Of a stretch of 64,000 bases of DNA, positions 9,551 to 23,035 are shown in pieces. The position numbers and the translations under genes were made by a program. Below the pieces are notes generated by a model. It was given only the letters and a program-made list of their open reading frames with translations. It did not search any database and was not told the origin of the DNA. The DNA is from Blastocladiella emersonii ATCC 22665. Taxonomy: Eukaryota > Fungi > Blastocladiomycota. The stretch is from contig JANHCV010000003.1 in assembly GCA_025594325.1 (NCBI GenBank), positions 1,674,001 through 1,738,000 of the forward strand, given 5' to 3'. Every line of letters begins with the position of its first letter. Position 1 is the first letter of the stretch.

Positions 9551-12328
9551 TTATCCATTGTACGGAGGACGGGTAATCCGGTCAAAATGCTCGCGGAACT
9601 CGTCCCACCCGCGGAGTCCCTCCTCGTGCGGGATCGACTGCACCGCCAGCTTGACCTGCTCGCCCACGACGGCATCTGCAGCACGTGCACTTGCGACCTT
9701 GGGCGGGGCAAAGGACGGCGCGTACTTTTCGATCTCAGCCTCGACGTCGGCTTTGGTCAGCAGCTCGGCCAGCACCGCGTCCGTGTCCTCGTCGCCGTCG
9801 GCGCCCGCGCAGCAGCTATCGTCGTCGTCGTCGTCGTCGTCTTCATCATCGTCGACGGCGCCCGAGACCGCGGCCGCGCACTCGGTGTCGGATTCAGAGT
9901 CGCTCGGGTCGGGCGAGCGGACGCGCGCGACGGCGACGGGCACGGCGCAGTTGACGGCCGAGAATCGGTCAAGGACGGACTGCAGGATCTTGGAGCGATC
10001 GTCGACTACATGACATACAACGTAGAGTCAGTTTCGGTACGCGCGACCGCGATGCGCACTGGTTCCGCGTACCGCGCGTGTTGAGGATGACGGCCGTCGC
10101 GGGTTCCGGTGCGCGGGGCGAAATGTAGTTGAGGTGCGCGGGCGAGATAGCGGCGACGAGCGCGACCTGGGCCACGAACTTGAGCGCGGCGAACGGCGTC
10201 GCGTCGATCATCCGCAGCGTCGCGGCGACCATCTTGTCGCGTATGTCGGGAACGCGGAGGCCGAGCATCGGGATCGCGCGCCCAAACTTCTGGAAGACAG
10301 TGGCGGGGATGGTGACGCGGGCGGCGAGCGGGTCAATGTCCGCGAGGGACTCGGACGCCTGGATCGCGGCCTGCAGCACGCGGTACTCCTTGCGGACGGC
10401 CTTGCCCTTGCCCGCGCGCGGACCGGTTGCGTGGACCGCGTCGCGGCGCATGTACATGAGCAGCGGCGTGACCTTGGCGTAGGCCATGAACCGCCGCCAC
10501 AGCGGGTCCGAGTTGCCACCCTTCTTGAGCCACGCCGGGTACTCGGCCTTGCCAGCGTAGACGGTCTTGAGGTACCACTCGCGCGCGTTGTTGAGCAGCG
10601 ACGCGTGCAGCGAGTGGATCAGGGCCGCCATGATCTCGAGCTTGGTCGTCTCGGGATGGACGAAGACCTTCTCGCACTTGAGCGCGTCGCGGAGGTTGTC
10701 GGCGACGCACGCCAGGAAGAGCACGATCTCGACGAGCTGGTCGGCCTCGACGGCGAGCGACGACGTGGACCGGCCGTGCGACGGGTTGAGGTGCCGGTCG
10801 AGCAGGCGGCGGTAGTCGTCGACATCGCCCACGATCTGCATCACCTCGGCGAGGACACCGGCGTCGTCTGGCCCGTCGGCGAGGATCTGGGCCACGAACC
10901 GATCGAGTAGGTCCGGGTTCGTGAGCAGGATCTCGATGCACTTGTACACGAGCGCGCCGAGCAGGTGCGTCTCGGGTTCGGGGCCCGTCGGATCCACGAC
11001 GCCGAGGAGCGAGTGGATGTGCGCGCGGAGGAACTCGATGACGCGTGCACCGACGGACGACGGCGACGACGCGGCGATCTGCGACTCGGACGACGCGGCG
11101 ATCTGCGACTCGACGACGCCTGCTTCTTACTCTTCTTCGACCTGTTCTTCTTCGACTTGCCACCCTTTTGCCCTGTGGGGATTGCGGCGGCGGGCTCGGG
11201 GGCGAGCACGACGTCCTCGTCGGACAGGTCGTCGATTTCGGTCCGGTCCGAGTTCATGATGGGCGCAGCGGCGAGTGCGTCGTCCTCGTCCGATAGGTCG
11301 TCGATCTCGACCTGCGCCTTCTCGCGCGGAGGGGATGACGGCAGGTACGGCGGGTCGATGATTTCGACCTCGGGCGGCGTGTCGCGCGGGTGAGGCAGCG
11401 TCTGGTCGACGCTCATGGGCTCGGGCACGGGCTCGCCCGACGGAACGCGAGACGTCAGGGCCACGATGCCCGCGAAGTGCTCGTCCGCCTGGATACGCTG
11501 TGGCGGCAGCGAAACGGTGCCCTCGAGGTCGCGCGACACGGCGTGCGACGGTGGAAGCGGCAGCGTCTCGGCCGTCGCGATCTCGAGCGTCTTGGAGGAG
11601 AGCGACGGCGGCAAGGGCGGCGTGAGCAGCGCGTCGTCGCGAGCGCTCGCGACCGAGATCGGATCGAGCGGCACGGGCCGATCGCGTTGAGTGCGGGCCG
11701 ATGATGGGGATGAAGCGGCGACGGAGACCGTGGCCGTGGGGCTGATGCTGCGGCGGCCGGCGCGAGTGGAACTAGTCGCGCGGCGAGCGACGCTGGCGCG
11801 GCCGCGCTTCGAGTGCATCGAGTGGACCACGGGCAACGCGAGGGCCGCCGTCTGCTCGGCGTGCTCCATGCTCATCTTGCGCACGAGCCCGTCCCAGTTC
11901 CGCTGGGCCCAGTCCCAGACGTGCATCGAGTCAAAGAGCATGGCCTCGTCGGCGGGCTGGAAGATGACGCGATAGCCGTTGGGGTCGTTGACGTAGAAGG
12001 TGTTAGACGAGCCGTGCATGCGAGCGGGCTTCGAGGCGACGCCGTTGCCGTCAAACGACTTGAAGTAGCGCCACGCGGCGAGCTGAGTTGCAGGGAGGAG
12101 GGGAGCGGCGGGTTGTGCATTCGGACGGTTGGGCAGCGGGACGGCGCCGGCGGCAGCGGCAGCGAGCTGCGAGGCAACTGAGCCACACAGCGAGACGGTC
12201 GACTCGGCCGTGGCCGCGCGGCGGACGGGCCCGGCGTGCTCGTCGTAGGGGTCGACAAACTCCTCGTGGTGGTTGTAGTGGTCGGCCTCGGCGTATGTAT
12301 AGTCATCGAAATAAATGTCCCGTTCCAT
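9551..12328 (-). pseudogene. Large orphan gene (about 900 aa if repaired), intron 10006-10072, one frameshift near 11120
   Basis: ORFs 10841-12328, 9969-10997 and 9551-9943 have host-like GC3-rich codons. The last two are joined by a canonical 67-nt intron. The first two need a 1-nt shift with no plausible intron. No family recognised. Confidence 0.55.
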
Positions 12329-12528
12329 CGTTTGGTCTCGGGAGCGAGGACCGGGCGCGAGAGTCCACGGCTGCTTCAGCTTCGAGTCAGCGCGGCCGGC
12401 GGCGGCGAGCTACTCGGCGCTGCGCACCAGCCATGTCGCCCGCAGCGGGCTGCAGCAGCCCCCGCGCCACAACTTCCCCTTCGCTCGCTCGACTCGCTCT
12501 CTCCCCCACCGACCACACAAACAAAAGC

Positions 12529-13781
<1,253 letters not shown>

Positions 13782-14169
13782 ATGTGGGAAACATGTTGTT
13801 GCGTTAAACAGAATCAGAGCGTCAAGCTTGGGTATCAGATCATGGACGCGTCAGGACGTGCGCGAACGCTATGCAGCGCGCAGCGATCAGGTCGTCCGCA
13901 TGTTCGGACCCGGGTAACGTGCGTCATTGAGCAGAGGGTGAAGGGCAAGGAGTCAGTGGCGTCAGAGGCGTTGGGGGGGGGCACGCGGGGGCTTGCGGAT
14001 CGATTGAGTCAGCCGAGGGTGTGGCTGATCGAGTCAGATGACCAGCCTGCGCCTCCGGTTGCGCCACCTGCGGGAGCCTTTTAACCCAGCGACCTCGCAG
14101 TAATCGAAGCTCTCCCTCAGACCTCATACGCCGCTCCCTCTACATTGGTGTCCGGTCCAGAAAAACGCA

Positions 14170-15143
14170 ATGCCGCCTAAATTTGACCCCAACGACGTCA
14201 AGATCAGTAAGTTTCGCTTCGCGAGCGTCACTCCCGCCGTTTTCCCATGCAAAACCGATGAAATCGTCGTTTTGGTCGTCGTCAACGTCACCGCGACCGT
14301 TTTCACGGGCGACGCAGCCGCCATGTGCGTGAGCTAAAGCGTCGCCCCTCGCCGTGCACTGCATGAAACCGCGCCCGCACGCCGGATGGTTGGGCGTGAC
14401 AACCTCTGCTCTTGCAGGAGGGGGAAACGCTGCCGAACCACCTGGAACGCTGCTCGGCCGTGTACTCGCCACTGCTCTTCGCCTGTATCGGGGATACGCC
14501 CGTGGCGAGCGAGCGAAAATGCGGCCGCGCTGGACTTCGTGCGGTCATGCGTGCCGTGGCGACGGCTGCGACGACGACCACGACGACGACCGTCGTGATG
14601 CATGGGATTTTGGCGGGGACCGCTATTTTCTCGATCCGCCCCCCGAGAACCGCCCGCTGACGACGCTCCGCTCGCACTCTAGTCACCCTCCGTGTTACCG
14701 GTGGTGAGGTTGCTGGTGGTTCCGCCCTGGCCCCCAAGATCGGTCCCCTCGGTCTGTCGCCCAAGAAGGTCGGTGACGACATCGCCAAGGCCACGCTCGC
14801 CTACAAGGGTCTGCGCGTCACCGTCCAGCTGACCGTGCAGAACCGTCAGGCCGCCATCTCGGTCGTGCCCTCGGCTTCGTCCCTGGTCATCGGCGCCCTC
14901 AAGGAGCCCGCCCGCGACCGCAAGAAGGAGAAGAACATCCGCCACTCGGGCAACCTGACCCTCGACGCCATCATCGACGTCGCCCGTCAGATGCGCGACA
15001 AGTCGATGGCCCGCACGCTCGAGGGCACCGTCAAGGAGATCCTCGGTACCGCCTTCTCCGTCGGCTGCACCGTCGAGGGCGAGTCGCCCAAGGACATCTC
15101 GGACAAGATCGGCGCCGGCGAGATCGAGATCCCCGAGGAGTAA
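14170..15143 (+). CDS. RPL12: 60S ribosomal protein L12 (uL11); intron 14207-14682
   Basis: [12 protein letters not shown]|[36 protein letters not shown]...[16 protein letters not shown]...[14 protein letters not shown]...[16 protein letters not shown]. Confidence 0.98.
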
Positions 15144-15379
15144 AAGAAATTGGATTGGTTCCCCTCTCTTATTTCTAATACAGCGGACACTTTTCCCCAC
15201 GAACCATCTCTATTATATTAGCGTTAGTCCTTAGATTCAAATCCTGGTCACTGTCTCGCATTCAACACGTGGGTCGACGCGTCGTGTGCGAGACGCGTCT
15301 CACACGCTCGTTTCCGAGCTCTCACATGCCGCACACCGGGCCTGCTCCCCACACTTCACATCCATGAACTCTGCTCGCC

Positions 15380-18300
15380 ATGAATGACGTTGCAACTCGC
15401 AGCAAACCGCTGCAGCTCGGCAGGGTCCCCGCTGGCGGCGACCATGCCGCGATTCAAAAAGCCGAGCTCCAGGCGCTCACCGCGCTACGGCAGAAACACG
15501 GACCCGTCTCTGTGCAGATCCTCGATGCCCACTACGCGGGACCCGGTGGCAAGGGCGACGACGGCCACACCCAGCTGAGGCCCACGCCCGTGGACGCGGT
15601 CAACTACGCGCGCATCCGCCAGCTCTTCACGGACGAGCTCACCCGGCAGCTCGACGACCGCCATGTCGATGTCCTCGTTAAGCTGGCCCGTGTCTACAAG
15701 CAGTCGACCATCGTACGTGAGCGCGAAAGGAACCGCTGGCCCTGGTCACGACTGACGCATCGAGTCCATAGCCGCAAGAACACGTCGACTCGCTCGGCCA
15801 TGTCTTTTCTCTCGCGCTCGCCCGCATCGAGACCGAGGGCGTCGCGAGTCTCGTCGATCCGCTCGAGGCCTTGATCGAGCTCAGGTACTGCTACTCTGCT
15901 GCTGACGCGATGCAATCTCGACTCACGCGAAGCGCGCGATGGCCATGTAGCGTCCGCGACCTGTGCAAGCTGCGGCTCACGCTGCCCCTCGTCGACGCGT
16001 ACTGTTCGCTGCTCGGTTCTCCGTCCATCTCGTCAGCCGCGAAACGGAACATCCTCAAGGTCGCGTCGACCGCGTCGCTCGCCAACCAGTTCGACATGCT
16101 CGCGTACGCTCCCCGCTTGACCACGGCCATCACGTCCGACCCCGCTGACCGCTGCGCGAGTGTAGCCAACTGCTCCCGAGCATCCACAGCGTGCTGTGCT
16201 CGCTCGACGACCCGCGCTCGATCCTCAAGCTGCTGCTCGTGTGGAGCGACTCGCCCGCGATGCAGCTGCGCATGTCGATGCTCGACCTCTCGACGCCGCT
16301 GCGCGACGTGCTCACACAAGTCGCTGACCCGGTCGTCCGCCTGCTCGCGATGCAGCTCGCGACGCGCATCGTGCAGCCCGACAAGGAGACGGTCGAGGAC
16401 TGGATCCCCGTGCTCGGCACGATCCAGGCCGATGTCGCACTCACCAACGACGTGCTGCTCTTCGTGTGCGACATCCTGGCCGCGAACCCGAAGCACTGCC
16501 CGGACCTCGTGGACTTCGTGCTCAACCGGACCACGTTCGAGCTCAGCTACAACGGCGATGGTGGCCAGGCCGCGCCGCCGATCCCGCCGCCGCCGTCGCC
16601 GCTCGCGCTCGAGAGCAAGCAGGTCGGCCTCCGCCTCATTGAGCTGTTCCTCGAGGACGCCGGGTCGCGCGGCCAGCTCCTGGCGCAGCAGTACGCCGAC
16701 TTCTGCTTCGGGTACCTCACGTTCCAGCTGCAGGACGGGTTCGACCAGGGCTGGGCGCTGCGCGACCTCAAGCAGATCCAGGCGACGTGTCTCGCGCACC
16801 TGACGACGCTGTTCGCGGGCGGCGACCTGTTCGCCGACGCCGAGAGCATCAGCTGCGACCCGGCCTTCTCAGCGTTCCTGCGCGAGGCGCAGGTCCTCGA
16901 CAATGGGACGGCGGACCGGCCCAACGCCGTCAACGCGAGCGTCGGTCTCGTGCCGCGGTTCCTGCACCTCATGCGGACGCTGTGCACGTACGGGCCGAGT
17001 GTGCAGGTCAAGCTCGGCGAGCTCGGGCTCGTGCACGAGTGCGTGACGATCCTGACGGCGCGCAACACGGCGTGGATCACCGAGGGCGTGCGGCGCAGCG
17101 TGTGCATGGTGCTGGCGGCTTTGTGCGATGGCGAGTGTCGCGAGAACCAGCTGCTCGTTGCGCAGACGCCCGCCGTGTTCCACCTCGTGCACCTCGTCGC
17201 GTGGACCTCGGCGCACCCCGCGCGCCAGGAGCTCATGCGGCTCGCGGTCCTCGACGCCGTCTGGTCCGCCGTGTGCGGATGCCGGCTCAACGAGGAGAGT
17301 TTTCTCGAGGCCGGCGGCGTGTTCCGCCTCCTCGACCTCCTCGCCGCGGCCGAGCGCGCGGTCCAGTCGCATCTGCTCTCGGTGCTCCTCGAGCTGCTCG
17401 AGAACCCCAAGACCCACCAGCACGTCGTGACGTGGTCGTCGTCCAAGTACCCGAACGCGCCCGCGCTGCTGCTCGACCTGTGGCGGAACGAGAAGGGTAC
17501 CTTTTCTCTGCTCGTGCGAGCGCGATCCGACGAGCACTGACCAGACCGGATCGTGTGTATAGCCCAGCTCAAGTTTGACCGCAACCTGAACGCAATCGAC
17601 GAGATGCGCATCAACTTTTGCGTACGTGTGGCCGTCATGCTCGCGGCCATGGCCATGACCACGGACGGCTCACTGACCACTTGACCGCGCCGTGTAGTGC
17701 AAAATCTTCGGGATCCTGAGCCACACGGGCTTCAACATCTTTCGCCACCAGCTCAACGAGAGCGACCAGCAGCTGCTGCTCTCGGTACGACCTCCCGCCC
17801 TGCCCCGCCGTCATCCACGCCTCTCACTGACCCAAACCGCGTAGGTGGAGCGCTACCTCGACCTGAAGATCGGCGTGGTGTGGGACGAGATCGCGTACGA
17901 GCTGTCGTCCGAGGGCATCCGGCCCGTGTCGCCCGACCAGCACGTCCTCGACAGCGTCAAGCACGCCGTGGCGCAGAAGCGCGACCTGATCGCGCGCATG
18001 CAGGCCGACCTCGGCAACCGGTTCCAGGCCGCGCGCCTCGAGGCCGAGTCCGTCTTCTACGACGACTTTATGCGCGCGCACCAGGTCTCCGAGTCGCGCT
18101 CGCCCTCGCCGCCGCGGCCCGTGCGCCGGAACAAGGCGGCCGCGCCGAGGGAGCAGCATGGCGGCGGCGGGCCGCGGGTCTCGAGTCCACGCGCGCAGCA
18201 TCAACCTGCTCCTGCAGCCGCGAACGGGCTGGCCGAGGACGAGGACAGCGTCGACGACGTGTGGGGTCCGCGTCCCCAGCCCAACCACGGCCACGGTGGC

Positions 18301-18665
18301 CGCAAGGCGTCGATTGTCGCGTTCGCGCCCGTGGCCCAGGAGGTCGCGACTCGGCGCCGCGTGGTACGTTTCTCAGCGCCGCTACGAGCACGCCCACCGC
18401 GTACTGACCTCCGTACCCCCAGTCCATCTTCACGGAACCGAGCGGTAGCGACACTGAACCCGCCTCGCCGAGCTCGCGCGCGCACGGCCCTCCGCTCCCG
18501 CCCATCGCGGCCGCGGGCAAGACGAACGCTGCGAGCCGGCCACGGTCGCCGCCGACCATGGTCGCGTTTGGCCGCACGACACCCACCGCGTCGGCAGCGG
18601 CTGCAAGCGGTGTGCCGGGTCCGAGCTACCACCGCCGGCCAAAGCACCGGCCGTCGTTGCCGTGA
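15380..18665 (+). CDS. CFAP69: Cilia- and flagella-associated protein 69, multi-exon
   Basis: ARM-like body with LAVLDAVWSAVCG..NEESFLEAGGVFRLLDLL, LLELLENPKTHQHVVTW, LLLDLWRNEK and ERYLDLKIGVVWDEI..EGIRPVSPD, matching recalled CFAP69 blocks. Exons are joined by canonical short introns. The 3' end is inferred from a final intron near 18364-18422. Confidence 0.8.
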
Positions 18666-18832
18666 GCGAGCGCACGAGGCGAAGGGACGGGATTGTACAT
18701 TTGATATATATACGAGCGAATAGAGCAAGCTAGGAAGGAGGAAACAAAACCACACGGCGGTGCGCGTGCTCTATGATAATGGTACACAGTTGGGCGAGCA
18801 GCCGTCGCCCATCGCCGTCATGCCCGCGCCGA

Positions 18833-21800
18833 TCAGCGGCACTTGGACCGGTTGGCGAGCTTGAGCGAGATGAGGGCGATGAGGCACCACGAGGTACCGA
18901 GGGCGGCCATGATGGCGAGGCTCGGGAAAAAGTGCGAGATGCGGTACGTGTAGAGCTGCTCGTCGACCTGGTTCTCGTTGAAGGGGCGGGCCTGGACCTC
19001 CTTGACGTACAGGGCCTCGATGGCGTACCGCGGCGGCGAAATGTCCCACAGCCACGCGATGCCGTCGTAGACGCCCGACGTCTTGACTTTCTCGAGCGAC
19101 GGGATCATACCCGAGAGCACCATGCTCCACAGCAGCGCGAACCCGGTGCCGACGAGCCCGACCGACTCCTTGGGGAACCACACGCTGAGAAAGTACCCCA
19201 TGCCGAAGGCCGTGTAGTACAGCAGCAGCGCGATCGAGTACAGCACCATGAAGTGCGACCGGTACGGGAAGAAGATGATGAGCGACAGCGTGAACATGAA
19301 CGCGGCGATCACCATGCGCGGCACGTCGGCGAGCATCTTGGCGATAAAGTACGGCAGCGTGGCGCGGCCGCTCGCCGTCTCGCGCCAGTACACGACGCGC
19401 TCGTTGCCAAACGTGTTGGTGGCGACGCTGATCCCCGCGAACATGACGCCGAGCGACATGAATACGCCGATCTGGCGCAGGCTGTCGACGGGGCCGAGGC
19501 AGAACGGCTTGAGCGCGGCGGGCGTGATGTCGCAGATCTCCTTGGGCTGCTTGCCGAGGTAGTCGAGGTTCTCGGACGCGACCGAGATGAAGGCGCCGCA
19601 CCCAAGGTGCAGCAGCTGGTCGATGACGAACTGCGGCGGCGTGCGGTAGATCTGGAACGATGCGCGCCGAAAGCACTGCCAGAAGATCATGAGCGAGCTC
19701 GGCGTCTCGCGGATCGGGTCGCGCGCGCACGTCGCGAGCCCGACGAGCCAGTCGGCAAACTCGCCCGCCACGTCCTTGCAGTACGTGACCCACTCGCCCC
19801 ACATGTCGGCGAGGTTCTCCTGCAGGTCCTGGAGGAACGTTGAGTGCTGGTGCGCGTCGAGCGTCGCGGGCGACACCGACGAGGCGAAGTCGGGCGGGTC
19901 GGGCGACTCGCCGCGCGTGAACCGCTCCCACGCGTGCACCAGGTCCATGGGCGTCAGCGGGCCGAACCGGTCCGACATGCACTTGCCCGACACCACGTCG
20001 AGCAGGTACTCGGCGTGGTTGACGTTGTTCGGGCAGTTGTACCCGAGGCTGCGGAAGTACTGCAGCGCGTACGACCGCTCGCCGAAGTATGCGGTGCGGC
20101 CGCCCTTGGCGAGGAGCAGCAGGTCGTCGAACTTCTCGAACGCCGCGGGCGACGGCGAGTGGATGACGGCGGCGATGGTGATGAACTGGTCGCGCGCAAT
20201 CGACTGCAGCAGCGAGCACACCTCGAAACTCGTCGAGCTATCGAGACCGGACGTTGGCTACAGCGGGACGAGCTGGGGTGAGTCGCGATCGCCTCGACCA
20301 GCGGAGCTAGATCCGTACCTCGTCGAGGAAAAGAACCGCGGGCTCGGCGACGAGCTCCATGCCGATGTTGGTGCGCTTGCGCTGGCCGCCACTGAGCCCG
20401 CGCTTGGCCTCGTCGCCGATGGGCGTGTTCATGACGTGGCCGAGGCCGAGGTACTCGATGGTTTCCAGCACCTTCTGCTTGACCATGGAGTGCGTCCAGT
20501 GCGAGGGGAGCCGCGTCTTGGCCGAGTGCATGAGGGTGTCGAGGACCGTGAGCTCGCGGATCATGACGTCCTCTTGAGGCACGAAGCCGACGAGTTTCTA
20601 CATGTTTAACAAGCGCGTGTTAGCAACCTAACGGGTGATGCGCAGCCGTAGCGAGTGAGCAGAGTCGTCGGACGTACCTTGTAGAGGTTGAGCTCGCCCT
20701 CCATGCCGTTGATCGACACGGACCCGGACGTGCGCCTCACGGAGCCGCGCAGGACGTTCAAGAAGGTCGTCTTGCCGCCGCCCGACGAGCCCAGTACGCC
20801 GCAGACGCGGCCGGCCTTGAGCTCGCCTGAGACGCCGCGCAGGATGTCGACACCGTTGTGGAGGCGGAGGCCGAGGTTGCTGAACTGAATGTCGAAGACG
20901 CGCTTCTTTTCGTGGTCGGCGCCGCGACGCGGGAGCGTAGCCGGACCACCGCCACCGGCAGCGCCGCCGAGCGCCTTCTTCTTGTTCTCGGCAAGAGCGC
21001 TGCTGTGGATGTTGGCCATGTTGGCCGAGTACTTGAGGTAGCGCAGCGAGTGGTGGCGGTTCTTGAGGGTGAACGAGGCCCAGGCGAGGAAGATGAAGGC
21101 GAAGACGACGTAGAGGACGCCGACGCGGCGCGGGTTGGCGGTGCCCTCGGGGCAGTTGGCGATGAAGTGGCACGGGAACGGGCGGATCGAGCCGCGCGGG
21201 CAGTACGAGCCCTGCGGACATGCGCGGATCGTGTCGGCGGTCGGGCAGTAGTAGCCCTCGCAGCAGTACAGCGGCTGCGCCGTGTTGGCGGGGCAGTAGA
21301 AGCCGAGACTGCACTTGAACTGCTTGGACGGGCCGAACGGGCAGAAGTTGCTACAGGGACGTGACAGGTTGACGGTCAGTCGGCGACAGCGTAGAGCGAG
21401 GCCGAGACGCGGAGAACGTACCCAGCGTCGCAGTCGTACATGTCGGTCCCGTTGCGCGGCGTTGACACGTAGTGGCAGACGTTGTTGGTGCCATTCTACA
21501 CGAAGACGAGGGTCAGATCACACCATCCAACATTCGAGGAAGATCCTGTCGTACAGCGAACTTGACGACCCGCACGCCCGGCGCCTGCTTGAGCTGGAAC
21601 AGCGAGGCAAAGTACTTGAGCGAGAACAGGTCGGACCACACGTCGGCCGAGTCGTCCTTGTCCTTGGGCGCCGCATCGCGGGGCGCGTTGTTATTGTTGT
21701 TGTTGTTGTTAGCGGCTGCGGGCGCGGGTGCTGGTGCAGGCGCAGGGGTCGGCGTAGGCGACGTTGCGGGTGCCGGCGTTGGCCGAGGCGCAGGTGGGGT

Positions 21801-21938
21801 AGAGGCCGGCAGCCGCTGCGACGACGACGACTGCGCGCCGACCTGGGCGATGGCCAGCATCGCAACCAGAGCGGCGAGGAGGAGCGCGGCGAGCCGCACG
21901 CGCGGTGCGCCACGCGGTCGAAGGGATGATCCCATCAT
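18833..21938 (-). CDS. ABCG half-transporter with signal peptide and Cys-rich extracellular N-terminal domain (ABCG24/28- or Adp1-like architecture)
   Basis: Walker A GSSGGGKTT, signature LSGGQRKR, LFLDE|PTSGLDS, IAAVIHSPS, C-terminal TM domain with ERVVYWRE. N-terminal CSLGFYCP/CCEGYYCP/CPQGSYCP repeats followed by a TM helix. Confidence 0.9.
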
Positions 21939-23035
21939 GGGCCAGCCAAGCGGGAGGTGGTGTCGAGGTCACGGCGGAAGGGGAGGTCGGGTCCGAGTCG
22001 AGCTGAGGAGCGACGAGAGCGGACGGCCCAGAGGCGAGGGGATGCCGCCGGTAGAGGTCGATGCGTGGGTCTGGCGAGAGTCCGTTGCACGAGGTCGGAG
22101 AGTCGTTGATGCAAAGCTGCGCTGGAATACGGTTGCAGTGTCTACCTGGAATGTGGCGTGGCGGAGGCGAAGGCGGTCCCTGGGGCCGGGCAGCCTGCCG
22201 GGCAGCGGCGAAGGCGAACCGACCAACCGGAGCGGCCATGCGCCACCGCCACAGCGCACGTGCGCGCTCAGCCCCGAATTCGACCAATCCACCGAATTCA
22301 TTGCGCATAGACCTGCGTCGCGTTTTATAAGAATCTGGACGCGTTAAATGGCTTCTTATAGTGTTGGGACCGTGTTGGTCTCCTGAAATGAGCGCTCGAC
22401 CGACGCTCCGCAAGCTAGCACATCGGAACGACTCGCATTGAAGAATAGTGACATTGACTGCAGTTTATTGATAAATCACAACAACAACATCAATTCCTAG
22501 TTGAAATAGTCGAGGAAAGCATAGAAGCCGGAACGTGGGATTGGTTGGGCGTAACCTTCCCAGACGCCATACACCAGCAGCTGGCGGAACCTCGCGACTT
22601 AGAATAGACCAAACAAGATACCGGCTAGCCGTGCAAAACCTCCGGATTGCGTACCTGTTGCAAGTAGCACCAGTGGAACTGGATTGCGTCCCTCTCCTAC
22701 TTCATGGGATCGTCGGACGGGCCACGTGCGTGGGTATCAAGGTCGACGAGCGGCGTGTGGAGATCGAGCGAAGTCGGGCCAAGGCAATGGAGCTCCTCGT
22801 TCTCCACCGCATCTTCTCGACCAAGGTCAAGAAGTTTGGCATACTATGGAGCAAACTCGTTGCCCGATCTGCGCCCTCAGGAACCAAGGTGCCAGAGTCG
22901 CTTGCACTGGAGATCGTCTTGCTGTACGCGGCCGTGCGTGAATGCATTCGTGCCACTCATTAGCTGCGCCTCAGTGCGAAACTTGTCAATACAAGCCCAA
23001 CGTGTGTATCTCCTTTCATGTCATCAACTCATCAA

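Noticed and set aside
11120-11130. GTAAG...CAG 11-nt segment that would repair the orphan-gene frameshift as an intron
   Set aside because: Far below the 50-80 nt intron size here and no room for a branch point; treated as a frameshift.
14207-14682. Box C/D snoRNA in the RPL12 or RPS18 long introns
   Set aside because: No convincing RTGATGA...CTGA pair with terminal stem was found by eye, so no ncRNA feature was called.
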